Below are positions 1 to 12,815 of a stretch of 64,000 nucleotides of DNA, one piece after another. Within the stretch, counting starts at the first letter, position 1; the number at the start of each line of letters is the position of its first letter. The translations under genes were made by a program, and so were the position numbers. The DNA lies in assembly GCA_951406725.2 (NCBI GenBank), contig OX597821.1, positions 42,284,001 through 42,348,000 of the forward strand. The letters run 5' to 3'. The notes under the pieces were generated by a model that did no database searches, was not told the DNA's origin, and saw nothing but the letters and a program-made list of their open reading frames with translations. The DNA comes from Octopus vulgaris (Eukaryota).

Positions 1-29
1 CTTTGTGCCTATAGTAGAAAGGATTATTA

Positions 30-245
30 TTCTTTTCTACTCTAGGAACAAGGCCCTAAATTTTGGGAGAGGGAGCCAGTTGATTAGATCAACCCCAGTA
101 TGCATCTGGTGCTTAGTTTATCGACCCCAAAAGCATGAAAAGCAAAGTCAACCTTGGTAGAATTTGAACTCAGAACGTAAAGGCAGACGAAACACCACTA
201 AGTATTTCACCTGGCGTGCTAACATTTCTGCCAACTCGCTGCCTT
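30..245 (-). mobile_element. tRNA-derived SINE, family A (GGCGAGCTGGCAGAA...GAGTTCAAATTC...CTTTCATCCTTTCGGGGTCGA)
   Basis: Same sequence recurs at about 1457-1690(+), 2585-2790(+), 6950-7100(-), 9610-9810(-), 18378-18600(+), 31936-32125(-), 42200-42415(+) and 62765-62993(-). Pol III B-box-like GTTCAAATTC. Confidence 0.8.
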
Positions 246-259
246 AAAAGGATTATTAT

Positions 260-1372
260 TCGCTTTGATTCAGGTTCAATCTTATTTCTGGTAGGATTTA
301 TGTGAGTAGTGGGTTACTACCTGTATCTTTAGGTATCCACAAGTTTTCAGTAGTCTTTCAAGTGTTTAGAACCCTCTTGATAATCCTTGCTGTCCCTAAG
401 AGATAAACTTTCTGTAGGAACTCTACAGAGCATTCTATTCCAATCTCCTTCAGCCATTTGTCTATACCTTTGCTTACTGTTTCTAATGCATCAATTATTA
501 TAGGCACAACCTTTACAGTTCTCACACCCCAAATTCTTCCTATATCAAATTTTAAGGGATTGTATTTATTTTTGTTTTTCATCCTCTTTCTTTATGATCC
601 TGGAATGAAAAGGGCATGATGGGTTGGTTAGTAAACAACTTCGCTTTTCCTTATCTATAATTGTTATGTCTGGTCTATTATCTTTTAACTTGCTCATTTG
701 AATAGGAAAGGCCCACAAAATCTTACATTTCTCCAACTCCAGTACTCTTTCGACTTGATGATTGTATCATGAATTTCCAGCGTCAAATCCCCATTTCTGG
801 CAAAGTTTCCAGTGTAAAACTTTTACCACCTGGTCGTACCTCCATTTCTTATATTCTTCTTGTGCCAGCTTGGGGCATTCTTCCACAGTGTGTACCACTG
901 TCTTGTTCCAAGTTCCACAGACTCTAGATTTTTCTGACACATTCTCTCCATATATATTTTTTCTCAAGTTGTTTATTTTTATCACTTTTTATCAACTTGT
1001 TGTGGTTTGGGGCAAGTCTACAACTTTCGTTTGTGATATGGGCAAGGGTTTTGTCCACTCTTTAACAGATGCGGCTTCAGCAGAAACACTTGCTCATTCC
1101 TAAGATTGATCTTCCAATTCATGGACAAAGCTGGGTCTTGCACTGCCAGTATAGTGGTCTCAGTCTTTTTTTTCTTTTTTTCAGCGTTTCTTTCTTCAAC
1201 AAATCCCACCTATATTTTCCTCCAACTTCTGTTGTAACTATAGTTCCTTGTTGTGTAATGTTTCTTCATGTCCTTTTTGTACTTCTCCCTTTGTTTTTCC
1301 TTTTTTCTCTGCTTTCAATACTCCCTCATTCCTAACTGGCACCAGCAAGGTTTCCTTATCTTGGGATAGGTA
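260..1372 (-). mobile_element. 3' fragment of an RLE-type non-LTR retrotransposon (R4/Dong-like), decayed
   Basis: Disrupted frames give a CCHC-like motif (RVCG...ETVVHTVEECPKLAQEEYKKWR), RPDIT, KxxKY and LLGTARIIKRVL C-terminus. Flanked by (TAA)n tracts. Confidence 0.75.
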
Positions 1373-1374
1373 TC

Positions 1375-1435
<61 letters not shown>

Positions 1436-1754
1436 CATCATCATCATCATTATAGGGCAGCGAGCTGGCAGAATCGTTAGCACACCAGGCAAAGTGCTTA
1501 GCAGTATTTCATCTGCCATTATATTCTGAGTTCAAATTCCGCTGAGGTCAACTTTGCCTTTCATCCTTTCAGGGTTGATTAAATAAGTACTAGTTACACA
1601 CTGAGGTCGATGTAATCTACTTAATCACTTTGTCTGTCCTTGTTAGTCCTCTATATGTTTAGCCCCCTGTGAGCAATAAAGAAATAAATTATTATTAGTA
1701 TTATTAATATTATTACTCTCTAAAAATTTCAGGTCTTGTGCCTTTAGTAGAAAG

Positions 1755-1822
<68 letters not shown>

Positions 1823-1823
<1 letters not shown>

Positions 1824-2125
1824 TCTCTTTATCACATGTTTTGTTGGAGCTCCTGGAGTCTTATATGCATAGTGGGCTTGCTACCTGCAGCCTATGGTAC
1901 CATGCTATCCGTTCTTTTCAGCTAATACTTCCTTGATTATTCTGGCTGTGCTAAGCAGGCAAACCTTTTGTAACAGTTCTACTGGGCACTCTATCCCAAT
2001 TTCCTTTATGTTCCCCTTGATGCCCTCTGATACTGTTCCCAAGGATCTAACAATAATTGGCACTATCTTCACCTTCTTCATTTTCCATAGGTGGGCTATT
2101 TTGTTCTTACAAGGGTTGTATTTAT
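1823..2125 (-). mobile_element. Second short 3' fragment of the same R4/Dong-like LINE
   Basis: VKIVPIIV...IKEIGIECPVELLQKVCLLSTARIIKEVL is near-identical to 358-582; its 3' end abuts (TAA)n at 1757-1822. Confidence 0.75.
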
Positions 2126-3038
2126 TGTTGTTGTTGTTGTTATTATTTCCATAAAATAAATCATTACTATTTTTATAACCAGTAAACACAGGAAGAAAGT
2201 GTGATACTATGTACCTGTGTGTACCTCTATATTAACATTAGTATTTGAATATATTTTGTATTATTGACTATTATACTCTCCAATATGTGAAATATATTGT
2301 CATTACTATGTTACATACGTGTATGAATAAATATATTTATTTACATATGTAGTTATTTGGATATGTTTTGTACAATAATTATTATACTTATTAATACTGA
2401 CTATAGCTACTAATACTAATTGCAGCTGCCAATACTAATCATAGCCCCTAATACAAATTGTATCTATCAATACTAATTATATCCACCAATATTAATTACA
2501 GTCATCAGTTCTAATTACATCCACAAATATTAATTATAGCCACTAATGCTAATAATGGCCACCAATATTAATTATAGCTCTAGAGTGACAAGCTGGCAGA
2601 ATTGTTAGCATGCCAGGCAAAATACTAAGCAACATTTTGCCCATTTTTTCTGTTTTGAGTTCAAATTCTACTGAGATCAACTTCACCTTCCATCTTTTCA
2701 GAGTTGATAAAACAAGTACCAGTTGAGGTCTGGAATTGATGTAACTGACTTATTCTGCTCCCCCCAAATTGCTGGCCTTGTGCCAAAATTTGAAGCCAGT
2801 TTTTATTATAGTTTGAATAATAATTTTGGTTACCAGTAGTAATTATAACCATCAATACTGATTATAGCTACAAAAACTAGTTATATTCCCTATTGAAATG
2901 GCTGTCCTATACTGTCCACATGTCCTGCACGTCTCCATGCTAAGCAACTGATTGTTACAAAGAATGATGGTAGACATACACAATAACTTTAGAATTTCAG
3001 TGAAATGTTGAAAAAAGTGAAGATTTCATTGAACTTAC

Positions 3039-3162
3039 AGCAGAAAGGTCCTGTATCAGAAGTTTCCAAAAACATCTTTACATTGGTTTCTCCCTTTGGT
3101 GGTATATATTGATCAGCATGCAGTCCCATATGAGCTCCAGCCACTGGGGAACATTTCTGGGC
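3039..3162 (-). CDS. Pancreatic lipase-related protein, exon 8 (AQKCSPVAGAHMGLHADQY...MFLETSDTGPFC); gene continues leftwards
   Basis: ttccag acceptor, gtaagt donor, 124 nt. MGxxAD and LxTxxxxPFC mark the end of the catalytic domain. No stop codon is reached, and no further exon was recognised in 1-3038. Confidence 0.9.
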
Positions 3163-3191
3163 CTGGAATAGTAAGACAAGACAGAGAGTGA

Positions 3192-3225
<34 letters not shown>

Positions 3226-4629
3226 ATGGGAGGAGGGGTAAAGAGAAAAGCAAGAAACGTCAGCTGCTCTCAATGACAAGTATTTGAAACAAAATAAAAG
3301 GCATACACATTGAAAAAATATTTATGGTTCAGTCTGAGGTAGAGGAAGGACAGTGTCCCTGACAATTTTGTAGGGTCTCTGTGACTGATGGGAACTAATG
3401 GGTGCAGGTTTGGTTGAACAGCTGAGAAATTTAGTTTGCGACCACAATGGATCTGAGTTTAGTATCAATGTATGATATTCTGGACGATCTTCTACATTCT
3501 GAGTGGAATCAGTTAACAGGAATGGTCAGTTTGAGGTTTGTACCTGTTCATAGATGGTAGACTTAATCTGTTCAATTTAACTACCTGGGTTGTAGGGTGT
3601 CTTTAACAGAGCCTACTCTACTTCAAATATTCAGACCAGTTTGCTGGTTTGAGGTTATTTAATGAGGTTTGTTTCTTCTGTCATTTCCTGCCTCTTTGGA
3701 GGCTGTGAGAAAGATTAGGGGTGCTATCTTTCTTCCTTAAAGTAAGGCAGTAAAAAAAAAAGAAGATTAATTAAACATGTTTAGTGAGAGTGGTCACTAA
3801 TTTAAAGAATGAAAGCGATCATGGAAAAGTTCAGTAAATGCGCTTTTGAGAAGCATGTGTAATGGAAGACAGTTTTTAAACAAATAATTTAATTTATTAA
3901 ATTATTACAAGAGCTAACAAGTAAAAAGAGTGTAGCCTGTATGTGCATGAGTTAGAGAAAGCATTACAAGTTATGTTTGAACAATAGATTCAGTTGGAAA
4001 TCGTTAGAAGCTAATAGGAATGAAGCTAGCTTAAACGAAACTTTACAGTTCATTATGAGACAGAGTTGTGGCTGATGTCATCCAGAATTTCGCAGAGCGA
4101 AGTTAGCTTAAATGAAATAGGCTGTTCAAGAGGTGACAAGTCAAGAGCCGATATAACTCAGAGTTAGCTGCACAAAGCTGATGGGAGAAAACCAAGAGAT
4201 GTTGTTAGCCCACCATCTTTTCACCAATTGCTTAAAACTCCTGCTTCTCTTCATGGACAGAGAACTGCCTCTAGAATTCGTATGCACCAAGCTCTGATTG
4301 GCTGGCATATACCATAGCACAGCTGTACTATGATGCAGCAACAAAAATAGCTTTCCTGATTCACTACACATGCATCATATATATATATATATTAAGCTTG
4401 TATGAAGCATGATTCAAAATGTATCATGCATGTATTAAATGTATATGAAAATTGTGCTGACATTCTCTCAGATAAAATAATCAGCTTATTGTATACTATA
4501 CTCGGGTGCACTACAACTTGTCAGAAAAGAGTAAAAGAGAGGAGGAAAAACAGACATATTAGTCAAGTAATGAAAGACAGCAATGATAACCAAAAATACA
4601 TGCACGTTACACAGGATAAAGCACAAAAA

Positions 4630-5160
4630 ACTAAACAGTAAAAGAGCCATAAAGAGGAAAGGGTAGAAAGGCATGTCAGGAGTGGTGTTATTGAATTTCA
4701 GGATGCATGGAATTTTTTAACAATATTGTGTCTTAACAGCTGACGACCAATACAGGTAGTTTACTCCATGCTTCAACAATTCTAAGCATGATAAATGTTT
4801 TGGGGAGTATGGGTGCGGTACTTGTTTTTGATTTTATAAGTGCATCCATGCGTAGTAGAACTATTGAATTCAAAAAGGTGGTTAAAGTTGTTATTGGAAA
4901 GAGGGTAGATAATCTTGTGGATTTCTGTCAACTCACCTACACGAGATGTTAAAAATATGGTGAGTAACTTATGGTAGGTAATTGTCTGGTTGCACGTCTC
5001 TGGACATCTTCCAGTAGATTGAAATTCCAAACAAGATGGGATCTCAGACTGGAGATGCTGTAATTGTTAATGTACCATAACCATACATAACTTTAAACAG
5101 ATAGCTGGCTGGCAATGGTCATTTTGAGAGATGCAAAAGCACCTTCAGTCTTTTTGAGTA
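4630..5160 (-). mobile_element. CR1/L2-like LINE 3' fragment, decayed
   Basis: Similar to the better-preserved copy at 19430-19830; no open frame. Confidence 0.5.
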
Positions 5161-5330
5161 TTTTACAATAAATTTTTATTAAGCATGCATGAAACATGCT
5201 TTAAATATGCGTCAAGACTATAGCAAACTTGTATCAAACATGCACCAAACATGCACCAAACTTGCATTGAATTTATATCAACATTTATATAAAAATGTAT
5301 TGAACACACCAAAACATGCTTGAAACAAAC

Positions 5331-5446
5331 CTGAAAATCTTCATAGGTGTTACATTTGAAGCTGAGAAAACCACATTTACTGTTGATAGATTCACTAAAG
5401 TAATGGACAGCCCTCATATGGTCACAGGCCACAAATTTGGTCAAAC
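5331..5446 (-). CDS. Pancreatic lipase-related protein, exon 7 with catalytic His (GLTKFVACDHMRAVHYFSESINSKCGFLSFKCNTYEDFQ)
   Basis: ttgtag acceptor, gtttgt donor, 116 nt, CxHxRAxxYFxESI motif. Confidence 0.94.
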
Positions 5447-5499
5447 CTACAAAAATAGTAAAGGAAAAAAACAGCCATAAAAACAATCAAAAATACATA

Positions 5500-6400
5500 T
5501 CAGAGAAATTCAGTGGAAGCAGTGTTGTTCCTGTAGACATCAGCAAAGTTTTTGGCTGTTTCTGGCATAAATATAATAAGACTTCCCAATTACACACTGC
5601 ACCTATCTTTTAGCTCTTGAATCAGTAGCTTTCTGTCTGATCATACCATCATGGCATGTGTTGACAGAGTTCTTTTTGTCTTACACTCAGTCAACTCTGG
5701 TGGGCATCAGGGATCAGCTCTGTTCCCTAGTCTCTTCCTTCGATATGTCAATTACTTACACACCACTACATCCAACAACACTTACTCTAATGCAGATGAC
5801 ATGACCTTTCATTCCTTCTTAACTCACTCCAACCATACATCATCCACAAATGCCAAACCTGCATTGATTCCATAAACAGAGACCTTGAGAGAATTCTTCA
5901 GTTGATCCATATCAACTTTGGCTTTTTTAACAAAAAAACACTCCAAAAAAACTGAAGTGATACACCTGTCATGAAAACACCACTACACTGCAGCACCACT
6001 AAACATGAGCAGCACGCAGCTTGAGAGGACACACAGCTACACCAAATGCTAGGCCACAGCATTCCCAAGGATCTCTCCAAGTAGAAGTATATCCTTAGTG
6101 GAGTGAGAATGACCTTTCTCTTCAGAATTGGAAAATATTTCAGCCCCAACAACTTCTGACACTCTACAAAGCTAAGTGAGGCCCACAGCAGAGTACTGCC
6201 CCCACATCTATTACTCCCTACTACACACACATATATCCTGAACAATACCCAGAGAAGAGCCTCTCAACTAATTGCTGTTCAGTTACTAATGGACCTGCTC
6301 CAGTCTTTGGTCCACAGGCATACCGTCTCCTCTCTTTGTTTTTTATATCACTACTATAATGGAGTCTACTCTTTGGGTGCCCCCAATCCACTTGGTTTTC
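5500..6400 (+). mobile_element. LINE reverse-transcriptase remnant
   Basis: Degenerate DISKxF, SGxxQGSxLxPxLF and ADD motifs; related to 13860-14800. Confidence 0.6.
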
Positions 6401-6435
6401 CACTGCTCACCAAATAAAAATTAAAGTTTACTTAC

Positions 6436-6552
6436 CTCCCTCAATTCCATTAGTGACAAGAAATGTAACAGGATCTTTGCTACAACCTGGCTGATGATTT
6501 CCTCCATTTGGATAATAATCTACATGGCCACAAGCATCATCCATACCAAAAC
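6436..6552 (-). CDS. Pancreatic lipase-related protein, exon 6 (GFGMDDACGHVDYYPNGGNHQPGCSKDPVTFLVTNGIEG)
   Basis: Read directly; absent from the ORF track. tttcag acceptor, gtaagt donor, 117 nt, GHxDxYPNGGxxQPGC motif. Confidence 0.95.
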
Positions 6553-6636
6553 CTGAAAGACATGGTATTTGTACAGTAAACTACATAATCATTTATAAAA
6601 CGTTTGCCACTTACTAAAATATTAAATGATTACAAT

Positions 6637-6778
6637 TGCAGCATGGAAGGTGTTTATAAAGCTATTTAAGAAACACACAAAAACCATTAGATTCACTTCA
6701 ACATTTAAATTTAATTTGTCAAAATATTTTCGTCGCTTTGAGACCACGACCTGTTCACTGACAAAACTTCGTGCTGCA
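6637..6778. mobile_element. ~140-bp element with short terminal inverted repeats containing a hammerhead-like motif
   Basis: TGCAGCATGGAAG at the left end and CTTCGTGCTGCA at the right end; hammerhead fold at 6715-6765 on the minus strand. Confidence 0.55.
6715..6765 (-). ncRNA. Minimal type I hammerhead ribozyme candidate, G3-C8 core variant
   Basis: Minus strand reads TTTGTCA-GTGAACA-G-GTCG-(11 nt)-CGAC-GAAA-ATAT-TT-TGACAAA: 7-bp stem I, 4-bp stem II and palindromic AATATT stem III. Confidence 0.65.
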
Positions 6779-7778
6779 TCTAAATGATTACAGAAAACTA
6801 TAAAAATATGAAATATTTACAGCTTACAATATTGTCAAATAGCACATTTGATGTCTCAGTTCTTTGTTAGTCAGTTAGAGATTATATAATGCTTGCGCTA
6901 TATGATAAGATGACATGTTAACAGTACACTATATTATAGTAAACATATATATTCTTTTCTACTCTCGGCACAAGGCCCAAAATTTTGGGGGTTAGGGTGC
7001 CAGTCAATTAGATCAACCCCAGTACACAGCTGGTACTTAATTTATCAACTCCGAAAGGATGAAAGGCTAAGTCGACCATGGCGGAATTTGAACTCAGAAT
7101 GAGTAAACATATATATACAGTTTATTGATACTGTATATATACAGTTTATTAATACTGTACTGTGCAATGTACTACTCTGTGCAAGATACCAGTAAACCAG
7201 TTTGGTGGCCGTGGGAATTTGAAGTTCCTGAAATGTGATTATAAGAGGTTCCCGGTCGTCAGTGTTTGAAAAGTTGGTGTTGTACCTGTATGGCAAATAT
7301 TCTTTCTGGTGCTGGTGTTATGTCAAAATGCACCCAAAACATTCTATAAAGTTGTTGGTGAATGAGTGGGGACAACACAGAGTTAAAAGGTCTTTTCAGA
7401 GTTACTGGGGGTTCAAAAACCTCTCTAGAGCTGATGCTCTAGGAGGAGGGGGAGGAGGAGGAGGAGGTTGATGATGATGACGCTCACATGAACATGTTGA
7501 CATCACCTTTGCTACGGATAATGATGATGATAATAACACTGATCACAATGTCAGAAACATTGGTAATGCTGAAATATATATCTGAGGTATATTATGATAT
7601 AAAATACACTCTGAATACAATTTGAAAATAGTAAAAGCCAAGAGCTTTAGAAGAACTGAGATTTGATTTTATGATCACAGAGACAATAATTTACTTCTTT
7701 TAAATTCAGAAGGTACTTTAATATTTAAGTTACCTATTTAAAATCCCCTGTGTCTAAAAAATGGGAAATGTAAACCAA

Positions 7779-7881
<103 letters not shown>

Positions 7882-8553
7882 ATTAGTGGTGATGGTGGTG
7901 ATTGTGGTGCTGTTTAAATCCAGGCCATTTTTAATCAAGCAGATCTATGATCAAAGACACTCAAACTGTGACCATCACATTTGTTTCCTCAGATATAATG
8001 AGTCTTATTTATAACAGTGGAAGTGCAAAGGCCCAGTTAGGGCAGTGGACTCGCAGTCAGGATCACGGTTTTGATACCCAGACCAAGCGTTGTGAGTGTT
8101 TATTGAGTAAAAACACCCAAGGCTCCACGAGGCTCTGACAGGGGGTGGTGGTGAACCCTGTTGTATTCTTTCACGACAACTTTCTCTCACTCTTTCTTCC
8201 TGTTTCTGTTGTACCTGTATTTCAAAGGACCAGCCTTGTCACACTCTGTGTCACGCTGAATCTCCCCGAGAACTACGTTAAGGGTACACGTATCTGTGGA
8301 GTGCTCTGCCACTTGCACATTAATTGCACGGAACAGGCTGTTCCGTTGGTCGGATCAACTGGAACCCTCGTCGTTGTAACCAATGGAGTGCAATGATGAA
8401 TTTTAATAAATAAGGATATGATATGAGGTTGATTTGGCTATTATTTATTATAAGTCAAGCAAGCGGTGCTTGTGAGTTAGTGTCTCAGTATGTGTATGTC
8501 TGCATGCATGTGTGAGTGTGCATGTGTGTGTGTGGGTGTGTGTGGGTGTGTAT

Positions 8554-8585
<32 letters not shown>

Positions 8586-8660
8586 CTGTGTGTGTGTGTG
8601 TGTGCATGCGCATGTGTGTATGATGGTGATGTAGGTGCCTCAAAGAAAAGTACTTCTTAC

Positions 8661-8777
8661 CTAAACGCAAAATGTTCCGTGCATCACTGTGAATTGTGTC
8701 CACAAAAGTAGCATCTGAAGAGTCCAGCCTTACCATTTTAGGAGTTCCTTCAAAATAGGGTCCAGCAGGGTCAAGAC
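8661..8777 (-). CDS. Pancreatic lipase-related protein, exon 5 with catalytic Asp ([39 protein letters not shown])
   Basis: ccccag acceptor, gtaaga donor, 117 nt. LDPAxP and RLDxxDAxFVDxIH motifs. Confidence 0.95.
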
Positions 8778-8939
8778 CTGGGGGAAAACAAGAATGAATA
8801 ACAACAGTGATAGTGGTCAATAAACTTCAATTAGATATGATAGTCGTTAGACCTGTCAAGACATATACATCATTTACAAATTTATTCATAGACACACTGC
8901 CTCAGTACATTAATTAATATACGAATATCTACATTTATA

Positions 8940-9535
8940 AATATATACAAATATATATATATGCATACATGCATACATACATATATACATATATACATAC
9001 ATGCATGCATGCATTCATGCTTTCATGCATTTCATCTATGTATGTATGCATGCATGCATGCATGCACACATACATACATACATACATACGTACGTACATA
9101 CATACGTACATACATACATACATACGTACATACGTACATACGTACGTACATACATACATACATACATATGTACATACATACATTCGTACATATGTACATA
9201 CGTACATACATACATACATACATACATACATGCATGCATGCATGCATGCATGCATACATACATACATACATACATACATACGTACGTACGTACATAAATA
9301 CATACATACATACATACATACATGCATGCATGCATGCGTGCATACATATACATACATACATACATACGTACATACATACATACGTACGTACATACGTACA
9401 TACATACATACATACATACGTACATATGTACATACGTACATACATACATACATACATACATACGTATGTACGTACGTACGTACATACATACATACATACA
9501 CACATACACACATACATACATACATATATACATAT
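8940..9535. repeat. Compound (TACA)n/(CATG)n/(TACG)n microsatellite
   Basis: Seen directly; explains the HTYI/MYVC pseudo-ORFs. Confidence 0.95.
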
Positions 9536-9944
9536 AATGTGTTAATTGTTTTTTTGGAGCCAAAACAATGTAAGTTAGTGGAACCACTAGTATTAATACT
9601 GATTTCAAATTCTGGCACAAGGCCAGTAATTTTGAGGGAGGGGCTAAGTTGATTACATCGACCTCAGTGCTCAACTGGTACTTACTTCATCAACCATAAA
9701 GGGATGAAAGGCAAAGTTGACCTCAGTGGAATTTGAACTTAGAGCATAGACGCAGACAAAGCACTGCTAAGCATTTTGCCAGGCATGCTATAACAATTCT
9801 GCCAGCTCACAGCCAACCCACTAGAATTAATATTACCATCATCAATAATACCACTGATAAATATTTAATTACCACCACCACACTATCTGTAGTACCTCAT
9901 GAGACTCACTATCACTATCAGCACCATCACCAGCAGATACTGAC

Positions 9945-10053
9945 CTGTTATGCGTCCCAGTCCAGGAAGTCTAGCCCCTGCATAGCCAGCAATATGAGAA
10001 CCCAAGCTGTGCCCAATAACGTGGGCATCAGCTCTTTTGAATTTTGTAGTCTT
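9945..10053 (-). CDS. Pancreatic lipase-related protein, exon 4 with catalytic Ser (KTTKFKRADAHVIGHSLGSHIAGYAGARLPGLGRIT)
   Basis: Read directly from the reverse strand; absent from the ORF track. tttcag acceptor, gtcagt donor, 109 nt, GHSLG nucleophile elbow. Confidence 0.95.
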
Positions 10054-10236
10054 CTGAAAAAGAAAAAGGAAAAGAATATATGTATGTCAGTCATTATTCA
10101 GTTTATTTCAAGATTTCTTGCCAATAGAGAAAGAACCTGTTTCTAACCTAGATCCAAGGTTCCTTCATTGGAATTTCAACATCAACAACAGGGTATTTTT
10201 GTTTGTTTGTTTGTTTTTATGTATGTATGTATGTAG

Positions 10237-10560
10237 TGAAGGCGTGTGGCTTAGTGGTTAGGGCATTCAGCTCACGATTGTAAGGTCGTGAGCTCGATTC
10301 CAAGCGACACGTTGTGTCCTTGAGCAAGACACTTTATTTCATGTTGCTCCAGTCCACTCAGCTGGCAAAAATGAGTTGTACCTGTATTTCAAAGGGCTAG
10401 CCTTGTCACACTGTGTCATGCTGAATCTCCCTGAGAACTACGTTAAGGGTACACGTGTCTGTGGAGTGCTCAGCCACTTGCACGTTAATTTCACGAGCAG
10501 GCTGTTCTGTTGATCGTATCAGCTGGGACCCTCGTCGTCGTAACCAACGGAGTGCTGCTC
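10237..10560 (+). mobile_element. tRNA-derived SINE, family B
   Basis: A-box-like TGGCTTAGTGG and B-box-like GCTCGATTCC in the head; body shared with about 8018-8395; a related head at about 34705-35040. Confidence 0.75.
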
Positions 10561-10859
10561 CTATGTATGTATGTATGTATGTATGTATGTATGTATGTAT
10601 GTATGTGCAGATTTTTATGTTTTATGTATGAATTTTCATGCATATAGTTACATATCTAGACATGCTGATATATATTTAAATGATAAACTTCTGGAAAGTT
10701 TTACAGATTTTACAGTTCCACTCCATATCTTTAAGAGGTCTTGGGCCAACAGGTTTTGGGATCTGACAATATGCCATAAAGTTAGTCCCTTAATGGACAG
10801 GAAACCTAAGGTAATGCCATAAACTGACCATCCTCATTTTTAATATATATACATATATG

Positions 10860-10913
<54 letters not shown>

Positions 10914-11481
10914 TCTACATACATACATACATACATACATACATGCATACATGCATACATATACATGTGTGTGTGTGTTGGACAGCTTCTCAAAAATGGC
11001 AAGGCCAGGGGCTACACCAGGTTCCATGGTCTGTTTTGGCTTGGTTTCTACATCTGGATGTCCTTTCTAACACAAACCACTTCACAGAGTGTACTGGGTA
11101 CTTTTTACTTGACTCCATCACCAGTACTTCTTACATGACACCAACACCCACACCAATGCTTTTTACATGGCACCTTAGTCTTAAGATCAGTTCTGTTTTG
11201 TTGGGCAGGTCTTCTCAAGTACAGCTATGCTCTGCATCTCTCAGTCCTCTGTCAACTACTTTGTAAGGTTCAGTGTTTTGTATTCAACCTTCAAGTACTT
11301 CAACTCATGGCTTCCTAAATCTCCCTCTTCCACAAAAATTGATAAATATTTATAATAAGATAGATAGAGAAATAAAAAATACAGAAAGACAAAACAACAA
11401 GTAAAAACCTGTAAAAAATAACAACAAATAAACAGACAAGTCTCATAAATGACAAAGAAGGACAAAAATCATATGACAAAC

Positions 11482-11628
11482 CTCTAAAAATTTAACAAGA
11501 TAAGCAATTTCAGCACCGACCAGCCGAGTATTTCCAGTTGCCTGAACATATGGTGGCTTTGAGCCACTGCCCCAATCAACTATGAACACGTTCAAGTCTC
11601 CATACTTTAGAAATTCATCCTTCATATG
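11482..11628 (-). CDS. Pancreatic lipase-related protein, exon 3 (HMKDEFLKYGDLNVFIVDWGSGS...YVQATGNTRLVGAEIAYLVKFLE)
   Basis: ccgcag acceptor and gtttgt donor; 147 nt, phase 0 to 0. NVxxVDW and YxQAxxNxRxVG lipase motifs. Confidence 0.93.
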
Positions 11629-11832
11629 CTGCGGGGAAAAAAAAGAGTGAATTGATGTATATCGATTATAATTTATGAAGAATAAGTTTTAATTATTTGA
11701 AATGTTAAATACTGAAGGGAAAAATCCCACACATACTCAATAAAATTTGTTTCAAACATTCTAAAGAAAACTAATGTCACACACACACACATTACATATA
11801 TATATATGTACATACCTGTACATATCTAAACG

Positions 11833-11864
<32 letters not shown>

Positions 11865-12140
11865 TACATATATATACATACATATATATATATATATGTA
11901 TGTATATGTATGTATATATGTATGTGTGTATATGTGTGTGTGTGAGGGTGTGTGTATATGTATGTACACACACACACACACACAAGATTGATTTGATTGG
12001 TATTTTTAAAAGATTGGTCTGTCTTAACAGCAGGAAACAGATGGATTAATGGATTAGCTCACTCATCTTATAAGGGTTAACAATTAGAACAGGTGATGCA
12101 TTAATGTGAAGTGTCTCCTGTGTTAAGAGGGGTAACCTAC

Positions 12141-12403
12141 CAGCAGCCAGGGTTTGAAACCATTGTCTGTAAAACCATGTACAAGGAACTTTGTCGGTTT
12201 GCTATCATTGAAATGAGACACAGTCAACGTGAGAGGAAAATCAGCACGAACTAATGTATCTTCCGCCTTGTTCAGTCTGGTATACAATCGGAACTGGGTA
12301 TTGACATCTTTTCGAGACTGTGGAAGAAAGTTGATGGGTCTCCATATGCTGAAAAAACCATCAGTGCTCAAACAACCAAGCTTCCCATAGCAAGCACTCG
12401 ATC
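12141..12403 (-). CDS. Pancreatic lipase-related protein, exon 2 (SSACYGKLGCLSTDG...PTKFLVHGFTDNGFKPWLL)
   Basis: ctacag acceptor and gtaggt donor; 263 nt, phase 1 to 0. CYxxLGC, FRLYTR and the oxyanion-hole HGF motif are present. Confidence 0.93.
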
Positions 12404-12443
12404 CTGTAGGAAAACACAACAAAACAATAAACACAGAAATGTA

Positions 12444-12447
<4 letters not shown>

Positions 12448-12517
<70 letters not shown>

Positions 12518-12620
12518 TGTGTGTATGTATGTGTGTGTGCGTGTGTGTGTGTGTGCATGTGTGTGTGTGTTTGTGTGTGTGTGTAGTGTGTGTGTGTAGT
12601 GTGTGTGTGTGTGTAGTGTG

Positions 12621-12672
<52 letters not shown>

Positions 12673-12815
12673 TGTGTGTGTGTGTGTAGTGTGTGTGTGT
12701 AGTGTGTGTGTATAGTGTGTGTGTCTGTGTGTAGTGTGTGTGTGTGTGTGTAGTATGTGTGTGTGTGTATACGTTGCATATATGTGTGTGCATGTGTGCA
12801 CATATATATATATAT
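12448..12815. repeat. (TG)n microsatellite with TAG interruptions
   Basis: Seen directly. Similar (TG/CA)n, (TA)n and (TAA)n tracts at 1377-1450, 7781-7877, 17150-17300, 18103-18253, 36380-36650, 38055-38290 and 52180-52290. Confidence 0.95.

Noticed and set aside
8935-9674. Long ORFs (up to 227 aa) rich in HTYI/MYVC, and similar CV/HT/YI/poly-I ORFs throughout
   Set aside because: They are translations of stop-free microsatellites, not genes.
10125-10200. Hammerhead-like remnant (CCAATGAAGG...TAGAAACAGG; second copy at about 21945-22015)
   Set aside because: The core is too degenerate and the stems unconvincing.
10237-10310. tRNA gene (also other SINE heads)
   Set aside because: A/B boxes are present, but the cloverleaf is incomplete and the sequence runs into a repeated SINE body.
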